33,520 nt of DNA. Origin: a bacterium (lineage in GTDB: Bacteria > Desulfobacterota > DSWW01). Shown piece by piece: positions 26,305-33,520 of this stretch (position 1 is its first letter; every line of letters begins with the position of its first letter). Made by a program: the position numbers and the translations under genes. The stretch spans positions 1-33,520 of the forward strand of contig JBFLZG010000139.1 in assembly GCA_040756235.1 (NCBI GenBank). Reading direction: 5' to 3'. Under the pieces are notes generated by a model. That model was given only the letters and a program-made list of their open reading frames with translations, was not told the DNA's origin and did not search any database.

Positions 26305-27402
26305 TCAACTCCTGCGCCCGCTCGCGCCCTTGCCCCGGAGGATCGCCAGGCCGAGGTCCAGGACCCTTTCGAACGGCTCCTGGCGATCCTCTCTCACGCA
26401 CAGCTCGATCGCCCGGGCGGGACACGGGCCGGCGCAGAGCCCGCACCCGAGGCACTTGTTCCGGTCGACCCGCGCCCGCTCTCCTGCGTGCCGTTCCGCA
26501 CGCTCCGAGAGCGTGATCGCTCCGACCGGACAGCGTTCGAGGCAGTCCCCGCAGCCGAGGCACGCCTCATCGTCGACCACGGCCTCGAAGAGCGCATTCA
26601 GGTATTTGACCTTGTCATGCCCGCGGGTCGTGATTCCTTTCATGGAAGCGCAGCAGCACGGGCAGCAGTTGCAGATGTTGGACAGGTGCCGAGTGTTGGA
26701 GCCGGCGTGGACCAGGCCGGCCCGATCCGCTTCCTCGAGGATCTCGAGGGCCTGGTCTGCGTCGATCTCCCGGCCCAGTCCGTTCTCGATGTAATAGTCG
26801 GCCGCGGCCCCGAAGCTGAGGCATGTTTCCAGGGGGCGGCCGCAGCCGCCTCCGGTGAGGAGCGCTTCCTTCCTGCAGATGCACTCCGCAACCGAGATCT
26901 TCCTGGCCGACCGGACCTGCTCGCGGATGCGGTCGAACGGCAAGAGCGCGGCGCCGGCCGCGACCACCTCTTCGTGAATGGGGAGAACCTTGAAGCCGGG
27001 TTCGTTGCTCGCCCCCATTTCGGCCAGGTACGCCGTCTCGTAGTACTCCCGGTAGAGGCCGGCCAGCTCCCGGTCCATGCGCTTGACCGAATACTCGTAG
27101 AGCCCGATCATGAAAGGCGCCGAGCTGTAGAAGGTCCTGCCTCCGCGCCGCACCCGGAAGATCAGCCCCTTCTTCGACATGGACTCGAGCTTTGCCGCCA
27201 GCTGGGCCGGGTCGACCCCGGCCCGGGCCGCGACCTGCGAGGCCTCCTCGGGCACGGGCGAAAGCAGGACCGCGGTGCGGGCCTCCTCCTGGGTGAAGAG
27301 CTTCTCGAGGATGCGGATCTCGACACCGGAGTCCGTGCGGGGAAACCCCAGCGGGAACCGGTCGAGGAACTCCTGGAGCCGCGCATAAGCCGAATCAGGC
27401 AT
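26305..27402 (-). CDS. Multi-Fe-S-cluster protein with N-terminal winged-helix-like segment
   Basis: CICRKE, CGRPLETC, NICNCCPCCC, CLGCGDCLERCP, CLGCGLCAGPCP; GGAG RBS before ATG 27402. Confidence 0.88.
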   Translation of the reverse strand: MPDSAYARLQEFLDRFPLGFPRTDSGVEIRILEKLFTQEEARTAVLLSPVPEEASQVAARAGVDPAQLAAKLESMSKKGLIFRVRRGGRTFYSSAPFMIGLYEYSVKRMDRELAGLYREYYETAYLAEMGASNEPGFKVLPIHEEVVAAGAALLPFDRIREQVRSARKISVAECICRKEALLTGGGCGRPLETCLSFGAAADYYIENGLGREIDADQALEILEEADRAGLVHAGSNTRHLSNICNCCPCCCASMKGITTRGHDKVKYLNALFEAVVDDEACLGCGDCLERCPVGAITLSERAERHAGERARVDRNKCLGCGLCAGPCPARAIELCVREDRQEPFERVLDLGLAILRGKGASGRRS

Positions 27403-27463
27403 CGCGTTCCACTCCGGGGGATCATCCGGCCCGGCGCCCGCCACGGCCCCGAGCCGCCCGGCT

Positions 27464-27826
27464 TCAGAAGCGTTCGATTTCCACGATCTCGATCAGAGGG
27501 CCCGCCATGCAGATGCTCATCCTGTCCGGTCTCAGCCTTGCGACCACCCTGACCCGCGTGCCGTCCACCGCGACCTCGTCCGGCAAGCCGATCGGCGTGT
27601 AGCTCTGGCCATCGGCCGCTCGGATCGCGAAGCAGCCGCCCTCGACGTCGCTGTAAACAACGACCCCCGTAAAGCTGAAAGTCCGGCTCTGGGCATCGTC
27701 AGGCGGGGTCGACGGCTGCCCGCCGGGAGGACCCTGTGCAACCGGATTGCGGCTCACGGACGGCTCCTGTCTGCAGCCGGAAAAGACGAGCAGGCACAGC
27801 AGGAGCAGGCCGAAACCCCTGGCCAT
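27464..27826 (-). CDS. Small lipoprotein with an OB-fold-like domain
   Basis: Lipobox VFSG-C; GVVVYSDVEGGCFAI..GTRVRV..SICMAG. Confidence 0.75.
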   Translation of the reverse strand: MARGFGLLLLCLLVFSGCRQEPSVSRNPVAQGPPGGQPSTPPDDAQSRTFSFTGVVVYSDVEGGCFAIRAADGQSYTPIGLPDEVAVDGTRVRVVARLRPDRMSICMAGPLIEIVEIERF

Positions 27827-27879
27827 CACGAGATCAACAGACGACGCCACCTTTGCTCGATCTCCTGAGCCTTCCGGCA

Positions 27880-28034
27880 GAGGCTGTCCCACAACGCCCA
27901 TCTGCTGCGTTCGGCTCGTTCTTCGTTCCCGGCCTTCGCCGGGACAGGCTCCCCACCCGTCCGCCGGATTCTTAAGTACGCCTCATTCCTCAGAATTTCG
28001 CCTGCCTTGCATCCGGGCATTTTTGAACAGCCGC
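27880..28034 (-). mobile_element. MITE family B copy 4 (variant interior)
   Basis: GAGGCTGTCCCACAACGCCCATCTGCTGCGTT...GGCATTTTTGAACAGCCGC, colinear with the 22462 copy. Confidence 0.8.
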
Positions 28035-28241
28035 TGTAGTCGAGTCATTGCGACAGGCTACGCGGTAAGCTGTAACGGCGGAGACGACGTGGCAGATCCA
28101 GCCCAGCAGTCCCCCGGAACCGATCCAGAGCCCCGGGGTCACGATGAGCCAGAAGATGCCGCGCCAGAAGAAGCCGTTGTAGAACTGCCCTGCCCCGGGC
28201 AGGACCAGACTCATCACGGATGCCGTTCCCGGCTTGGACAT
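27990..28241 (-). CDS. Small TM2-like membrane protein
   Basis: SLVLPGAGQFYNG...GIFWL..GWICHVVSAVTAY; the tail and stop lie inside MITE copy 4. Confidence 0.75.
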   Translation of the reverse strand: MSKPGTASVMSLVLPGAGQFYNGFFWRGIFWLIVTPGLWIGSGGLLGWICHVVSAVTAYRVACRNDSTTAAVQKCPDARQAKF

Positions 28242-28256
28242 CTTTTCCCCCCACTC

Positions 28257-28390
28257 CGTCATTCCGGCGCAGGCCGGAATCCAGTCACGGTGTCAGTGGA
28301 TATAAAGGCTGCCAGTTGGAATTATTGCGTTTGCAGGATGCCCTGTCCAGGGTCGTGTCGTGCCAGGGGCGACGCATGCGTCGCCCCTAC
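28257..28390. repeat. CGTC-type REP plus GTAG-type REP
   Basis: CGTCATTCCGGCGCAGGCCGGAATCCAG and AGGGGCGACGCATGCGTCGCCCCTAC (also at 29516 and 33500). Confidence 0.75.
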
Positions 28391-28421
28391 AAGAGGCGGT
28401 CTGCCGGCCCCCGGCCTCCAC

Positions 28422-29195
28422 TCAGCCTTCAATGATCACGTGCTCCTTGGCGAGCCCCAGGGCGGAGCGCGGGAGGTCCACGAACCGACCCTCGTCTTCG
28501 AGCAGGTCCATCATCCCTTTCTGGCCCTCGGCCGTCTCGACCGCCTGCTCCATGTTCCTGCGGTCGAACCAGAGCTCGGCGTGGCCTCCCATCGGCTCCA
28601 GGGAGCCCCGGCTGGCCCGAAGCATTTCGTTCGCGGGATCGTCGATCCTGTGGACCTGCACGTAGCGGAGGATGCCGAGGGCCTTTGCGTGCCGTCGCGC
28701 CAGAGGCCCGTGGCGCTCGAGCCAGTAGCGCTGTGCCTCGTGGAGTGTGCGGTTCGCCTGCATGGGGGCTGCGAAGAAGAGCTGGACGACGTCGTTTTCC
28801 GGACTCGCAACGATCCTGCCGGCCGCCCCCTCGATGATCACGTTGTCCCTGGCGAGCCACAAGGAAGAGCGGGACATGTCGATGAACTTCTGCTCGTCCT
28901 CGTGGAGCAGCCCCGCGACGCGCTGCCCTTCCGGCGCGGCAAAGACCTCGGTCAGTGTCTCGAGGTCGTCCCACCAGAGCTCGGCCACCCCGTCAAAGGC
29001 CTCCATGGCGCCGCGCGAGGCGCGCAAGAGCTCGTTCAGGGGGTCCTCGATCGTGTGGACCTGCACGTAACGCCGCACGCGGATCGCGGCCGCGTTCTTC
29101 GCCACGAGCGGCCCGTGCGTATTGCGCCAGTAACTCTGAAAGTCGTTCCTGGACAGATGCGGAAGCCGGCGGAGAACATAGGTCAGTCGGATCAT
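28422..29195 (-). CDS. Tandem EthD-domain protein
   Basis: Two repeats of YW...HGPL...RYVQVH...G.AELW.D...L.EDE..F.D; GAGGAGG RBS. Confidence 0.9.
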   Translation of the reverse strand: MIRLTYVLRRLPHLSRNDFQSYWRNTHGPLVAKNAAAIRVRRYVQVHTIEDPLNELLRASRGAMEAFDGVAELWWDDLETLTEVFAAPEGQRVAGLLHEDEQKFIDMSRSSLWLARDNVIIEGAAGRIVASPENDVVQLFFAAPMQANRTLHEAQRYWLERHGPLARRHAKALGILRYVQVHRIDDPANEMLRASRGSLEPMGGHAELWFDRRNMEQAVETAEGQKGMMDLLEDEGRFVDLPRSALGLAKEHVIIEG

Positions 29196-29251
29196 CGCGG
29201 GTTCCTCCTCGTGAGTAAGTACACCGGTTCAGGGCCCGAGAAGGCCGAACA

Positions 29252-29539
29252 TCGCGAGCGGGAGCGTGGCGACCTCCCTGTAACTCCGGGGGTTGCCACG
29301 GCCCAAGGCCTCGCAATATCCGACGATACCAGCGGGTCGCCACTTCGCTGCCACCGATGGGTTCTCAAAGATTACGTTGGCGTATTTGCGTCGACGTGTA
29401 CTAAGGCAACACCCCCCTCTGATAAAGGGGGGCTGGGGGGATTTCGGCGACACGGTCAAATCCCCCTATCCCCCTTATTCAAAGTGGACCGGGGCTGGTG
29501 CCCGTAGACAATTCCGGGCGACGCATGCGCCGCCCCTAC
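29252..29539. repeat. Repeat mosaic including a CCCCCC..AAAGGGGGG palindrome pair
   Basis: REP-like units at about 29252 and 29288; CCCCCCTCTGATAAAGGGGGGCTGGGGGGATTT..AAATCCCCCTATCCCCCTT; GTAG REP at 29516. Confidence 0.6.
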
Positions 29540-29613
29540 AAGACTCTGCGAAAGCGCCGTCCGGGATGACGAGACAGGACACAGCCCCTCTTGCGGGGTG
29601 TCCGGCCCCTTCG

Positions 29614-31932
29614 CTACTCTTCCAGCTGGGGCCCCGCAGCGCCCTCGCGGAACCAGGTGACCGGCCGGAACTCGCGCGGCACGATCCCGCTCTGCTTGAA
29701 CTTGGGGTACCCCAGAACCATGGCCGTCTGCACCCGCCAGGGGTCCTTGAGCCCGAGCTTCTCCTTCACCGGAGGGACCATTTCGATCACCTGGCTGAAG
29801 CCCACCCAGCAAAACCCGAGCCCCAGGGAGAGGGCGGCCAGGTTCATGTTCTGGCCCGCGATGCCGGCGGCGATCTGGGGGCCTCCGATGGCCCGGTCGT
29901 CGCAGGCCATGAGGATCACGACCGGCGCGTTGAGGAAGACCGGGAGATCTCCACGGGTCACGCTCCCCATGCCCCCCAGAATGATCCTGGGGTCGTAGAG
30001 CCCGGGCGACGGATTGGCCGCATGGATCGGCACCAGGCTCTTGACCATGGCGTCGTTCTTGTACGCCGTGTAGAACATGCTGAGGACGCCGTAGCAGGCC
30101 TCGTTCAGCTCCGTGATGAGCGCTTGGTCCGTGACCACGACGAACTTCCAGGGCTGGCAGTTCCCGCCGCTCGGCGCGAACCGCCCGGCCTCGACCACGC
30201 GGCGGACGAGCGCCTCGGGGACCGGGTCCGGTTTGAAATTTCTTACGCTCCGGCGCTCGAAGATGAGGCGCTCGACCGCCGTCCACTCGGCCGGATTCCC
30301 CCGGGCGTCCTTCGGCTCGGCCGGCAGCCGCGCGGGCAGAGGACCGGGGTCGGTCCTGTAATAGCCCGACTCCACGCGGTACGGCTCCACGATCGAAATG
30401 GCGCCCGCCGGGCAGGCGGCCATGCAGTTGTAACAGCTGAAGCACTCGTGCTCCTGCTTCATCCTGGGCACTTCGTTCTCGTCGGTCTCCCAGGCCCTGA
30501 AGGGGCAGTTCAGCAGGCACAGACCGCAGCGGGTGCACTTCTCCGGGTCCGCCTTCATTTTCCCCATGTGCACGGTCCCGGCCTTGGGCCGCACCATCGG
30601 CTCCAGGTCCTCCCAGGTGAAGGACGCCGCCGCGGCCGCAGGCGATGCCGCCGCCTGGCAGATCCCCCCCTGGACGACCCAGCGGCTCCGCCCCTGGCGC
30701 AGCCGGTCCGCACCGTCGATGGCGAGGGTGTCGTTCACGCCGTCCTCGATGAGCGCCGCCCGCGCATCCCGGAAGATCTTTTCGATCAGGTACTCCTTGG
30801 AGAGGCCGTTGCCGCCGAAGATCTGGATGGCCTGGCTCGCCACCCGGAAGGCCGTCTCGGTGGAGAGGATCTTGGCCGCCATGGCGTAGTGCACGGCGCC
30901 CGGCTGCATCTGCTGCGCCAGGGCCGTGTTGTAGACGCCCACCCGCCTGGCCAGCGAGCGGGCCGCTTCGACCGAGGCGAACATGTCGAAGAGCTTGAGC
31001 TTGACGCTCTGGTGGTCGTAGATGACCTTGGCGCCCTGCACCCGGGTCTTGGCGTACTCGAGCGCCTCCTCCAGGGCGGACAAGGCGCACCCGGCGAAGC
31101 AGAGACCCATCCAGCCGTTGGCCAGCGCGAGCTGCCCGTTCGACATGAGCTGGAACGTGACCGGGTCCTGGGCGATCATCATGTGCCTGGGGATGCGGAC
31201 GTTGTCGAAGAAGATCTCTCCCTGGTTCAGGGCGCGCTGGCCGATCTTGTTCAGCGGCTTGCCGCGGGAGATGCCCGGCAGATCGAGGGGCACGACCGCG
31301 ACCCCGCCGCCTTCCATGCCCTTGGAGGGATCGAGAGAGAGCCACAGCGCCGCATACCGCGCAAAGGTCCCGTTCGAGACCCAGGCGGCCTTCTGGCCGT
31401 TGATCACGTAGCAGTCACCATCCGGCACGGCGCGCACGCCGGGGGCGAAGGCCGGGTCCCTGGCGACCGGGTTGCCGAACAGGATCCAGTCCGAGCCGTG
31501 ATCCGGCTCGGTAATGGCCCAGCAGCCGGTCAGCCTGGCTTCGGTGTCCGCCGTGAACCGGCGGACGAGGTCCTGCATCTGCGGGTCCGGGGAAAGAATG
31601 GACCACATGAAGGGCGTGGTGCACACGCCCAGGCTCACGGCCAGGTCCGGGGCCGCCCACCCCATGAGCTCCGTGACCAGGGCCAGGCTCAGGGAGTCCA
31701 CCTCCATTCCCCCGAATTCCTTGGGGAAGAAGGTGGCGTGATACCCCAGCTCGTAGCTCTTCCGGAGCACGTCCCAGAGCGGCGAGCCGGCGGCGATCAC
31801 GTCCTGCGGGTCCGAGAGCCGGTCGAGCGCGACGGCCGCGGGCCGCCAGACCTCGCCGAAGAATTTCCGGCTCGCGTCCCACAGGGCGACGTGTTCCCTG
31901 TTGAGGTCGACGTTGAGCTCTCTGAGTCCCAT
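29614..31932 (-). CDS. Acyl-CoA dehydrogenase - 2x[4Fe-4S] ferredoxin - nitroreductase fusion (772 aa)
   Basis: ACAD motifs (ITEPDHGSD, INGQKAWVSNG, QIFGGNG, IEDG), Ala-rich linker, CTRCGLCLLNCP / CFSCYNCMAACP, RRSVRNF, APSGGNCQPW, GLGFCWVG; AGGAGG RBS. Confidence 0.9.
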   Translation of the reverse strand: MGLRELNVDLNREHVALWDASRKFFGEVWRPAAVALDRLSDPQDVIAAGSPLWDVLRKSYELGYHATFFPKEFGGMEVDSLSLALVTELMGWAAPDLAVSLGVCTTPFMWSILSPDPQMQDLVRRFTADTEARLTGCWAITEPDHGSDWILFGNPVARDPAFAPGVRAVPDGDCYVINGQKAAWVSNGTFARYAALWLSLDPSKGMEGGGVAVVPLDLPGISRGKPLNKIGQRALNQGEIFFDNVRIPRHMMIAQDPVTFQLMSNGQLALANGWMGLCFAGCALSALEEALEYAKTRVQGAKVIYDHQSVKLKLFDMFASVEAARSLARRVGVYNTALAQQMQPGAVHYAMAAKILSTETAFRVASQAIQIFGGNGLSKEYLIEKIFRDARAALIEDGVNDTLAIDGADRLRQGRSRWVVQGGICQAAASPAAAAASFTWEDLEPMVRPKAGTVHMGKMKADPEKCTRCGLCLLNCPFRAWETDENEVPRMKQEHECFSCYNCMAACPAGAISIVEPYRVESGYYRTDPGPLPARLPAEPKDARGNPAEWTAVERLIFERRSVRNFKPDPVPEALVRRVVEAGRFAPSGGNCQPWKFVVVTDQALITELNEACYGVLSMFYTAYKNDAMVKSLVPIHAANPSPGLYDPRIILGGMGSVTRGDLPVFLNAPVVILMACDDRAIGGPQIAAGIAGQNMNLAALSLGLGFCWVGFSQVIEMVPPVKEKLGLKDPWRVQTAMVLGYPKFKQSGIVPREFRPVTWFREGAAGPQLEE

Positions 31933-31965
31933 GGCGGCCTCCTGCGCGGGTGCGGGGTTGGAGCC

Positions 31966-31995
31966 ATTAGATTTCCGGCCGCGCGAGGTTGTCAA
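31966..31995 (-). promoter_or_regulatory. Candidate sigma70 promoter of the fusion gene
   Basis: Minus strand TTGACA-N18-TCTAAT, 33 nt upstream of the ATG. Confidence 0.55.
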
Positions 31996-32036
31996 GGAAA
32001 AACCGGGAGGGAGCACGAGCATCGAGGATACCGAGG

Positions 32037-32253
32037 GCGGTGGGGATCCCGCTGAGGAGGCGAGGGCGAATCGCGGAGGCCCTCGCGAGCGAGCCACTCG
32101 GCAGGTCGAGGTTTCGGGCATGGCCCACCCGTTGCGAGCGTGGCGACCTCCGTGGACAGAGAGCTCCGGTGGTCGGGAGGTTGCCGCAGGCGCAAGAGCG
32201 CCCTCGCAAGGAGCGCTCTTCGACCGCGCCGATCGAGGCGGGATCCCCACCGC
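32037..32253. repeat. Element bounded by perfect 16-bp inverted repeats, enclosing a REP doublet
   Basis: GCGGTGGGGATCCCGC (32037-32052) / GCGGGATCCCCACCGC (32238-32253). Confidence 0.6.
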
Positions 32254-32289
32254 ACTTGGTCCTTGCCCCGAAGAGAGAGAAGCCCTCGT

Positions 32290-32319
32290 TTGAACGGAGC
32301 CGGACGATTGTGGTATAGC
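32290..32319 (+). promoter_or_regulatory. Candidate sigma70 promoter (extended -10) of the MtaA/UroD-family gene
   Basis: TTGAAC-N18-TATAGC with TG immediately upstream of the -10 spacer base. Confidence 0.4.
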
Positions 32320-32435
32320 CGATGTTAGCCCGGACCCGGCTTCCAAGAGGCACTTCGGCGCTTCCCGTTATCCGGGCCACTCAGTTCCGACGACCTTCCC
32401 ACGCGACCTTCCAAGGGCCAAAAAGGGACCAGACC

Positions 32436-33452
32436 ATGAAGAACCCCATCAGCACCAAAGAGAGGATGGAGGCCGTCTTCAACGGCCGGAAACCCGATCG
32501 CGCACCCGTCTTCCTGCTCCTGGGGGGACACTGCGCCGAGAAAGCGGGCTACACGCTCCACCAGTTCCTCACCGACCCGGCGGCCGCGATCGACATCCTG
32601 AAGGTCACCTGCAGCGAGATCTCGTCCGACAACCTGTTCGTCCCCTTCAACCCGTACATGCCGGACGCTCAGGAGGCCATCCGCAAGCTCATGGGCAAGC
32701 TGCCCAGCGTCAAGAAGCCGGACATCAAGGAGAAACTGCCCAAGTGGAAGGTGCGGGACCCGCGGGAAGACAAGCTCTTCAGCCAGCACCTCGACCTGTG
32801 CAAGCAGGTGGCCGAGCTCTTCCCGAACGACCACCTGGAAAGCCTGGTCGGCGGCCCCTGGAGCATGGCCATGGAGCTGCGGGGGATCGAGGAGGCGCTG
32901 GAGGACGCCTACGAGGACAAGCCGTTCCTGCAAAACCTGATGAAGTACACCACGGAAGCCGTGATCGCCCGCTGCGCCGAGGTCGTGAAGTGCGGAATCG
33001 TGCCGTTCATCGGCGACCCCTCCTCCGGCATGAGCCTGATCTCGCCCACGATCTATCGCGAATTCGTGTATCCCTACCACAAGCAGCTCGCGGACGCCGT
33101 GATGGGCATGGGGAGCCGCATCGTCTTCCACATCTGCGGGTACGTCGACCCGATCCTGGAGGACCTGTTCTCGCTCGGCATCGACGGGCTGAGCATCGAT
33201 GCCCCCACGTCTCTGGAGAAAGCCTTCTCGCTCCGAAAGGGCAAGACGGTCATCATCGGGAACGTCGATCCGCTCCTGTTCGTGCACGGCACTCCGGAGC
33301 AGCTGGAGGAGAAAGTGAAAGAATGTTTCGCGATCTCCAAGGGAGACGCGCGCTACGTGGTCGGCCCCGGGTGCCAGGTCCCGGTCGCGGCACCCATCTC
33401 GAACATCCGGCATTTCATCGAGTGCTGCCATCGCTACGGCGCGTACGCCTGA
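32436..33452 (+). CDS. Uroporphyrinogen decarboxylase / MtaA-CmuA family methyltransferase-like protein
   Basis: KERM..V..GRKPDRAPV, GGPWS.A..LRG, LISP..YREFVYPY, FHICG, IIGNVDP, GPGCQVP (H-x-C...C Zn motif). Confidence 0.88.
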   Translation: MKNPISTKERMEAVFNGRKPDRAPVFLLLGGHCAEKAGYTLHQFLTDPAAAIDILKVTCSEISSDNLFVPFNPYMPDAQEAIRKLMGKLPSVKKPDIKEKLPKWKVRDPREDKLFSQHLDLCKQVAELFPNDHLESLVGGPWSMAMELRGIEEALEDAYEDKPFLQNLMKYTTEAVIARCAEVVKCGIVPFIGDPSSGMSLISPTIYREFVYPYHKQLADAVMGMGSRIVFHICGYVDPILEDLFSLGIDGLSIDAPTSLEKAFSLRKGKTVIIGNVDPLLFVHGTPEQLEEKVKECFAISKGDARYVVGPGCQVPVAAPISNIRHFIECCHRYGAYA

Positions 33453-33520
33453 GCTGTGTCATCTTTCGTCATCCCGGCCCGGCGCTTTCGCGCGGCATTG
33501 TAGGGGCGACGCATGCGTCG
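33451..33520 (+). repeat. Family A left end plus GTAG REP (truncated by the window edge)
   Basis: GAGCTGTGTCATCTTTCGTCATCCCGGCCC...GTAGGGGCGACGCATGCGTCG. Confidence 0.65.

Noticed and set aside
31933..32346. 138-aa N-terminal extension of the 910-aa ORF
   Set aside because: It covers promoter and repeat DNA; the AGGAGG RBS and ACAD N-terminus point to ATG 31932.

Overview
A GC-rich, gene-dense window, probably from an anaerobic Gram-negative bacterium (Desulfobacterota/deltaproteobacterium-like; inferred from gene content). A co-oriented + strand block (1600-19123) interleaves three modules. (1) A corrinoid-dependent demethylation set: two non-pyrrolysine MttB-family methyltransferases, a DxHxxG corrinoid protein and a pterin-binding methyl-THF methyltransferase. 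(2) A YCF48-like/MMPL-RND/DUF1302/DUF1329 envelope transport cassette. (3) Acyl-CoA enzymes: 3-hydroxyacyl-CoA dehydrogenase, SDRs, a crotonase and an acyl-CoA dehydrogenase, several with non-canonical catalytic residues. Unannotated gene relics lie within this block: an SDR paralog split around a different SDR, and a frameshifted third mttB fragment. The right half holds a sulfatase, a lipoprotein gene with an in-frame amber codon, DUF169, YihY, an Fe-S protein, a tandem EthD protein, a three-domain acyl-CoA dehydrogenase-ferredoxin-nitroreductase fusion and a divergent MtaA/UroD-family gene. Many intergenic spacers are mosaics of REP-like palindromes and two families of IS1182-like MITEs, some nested in REP hairpins or supplying stop codons. 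No rRNA, tRNA, CRISPR array or transposase was seen.
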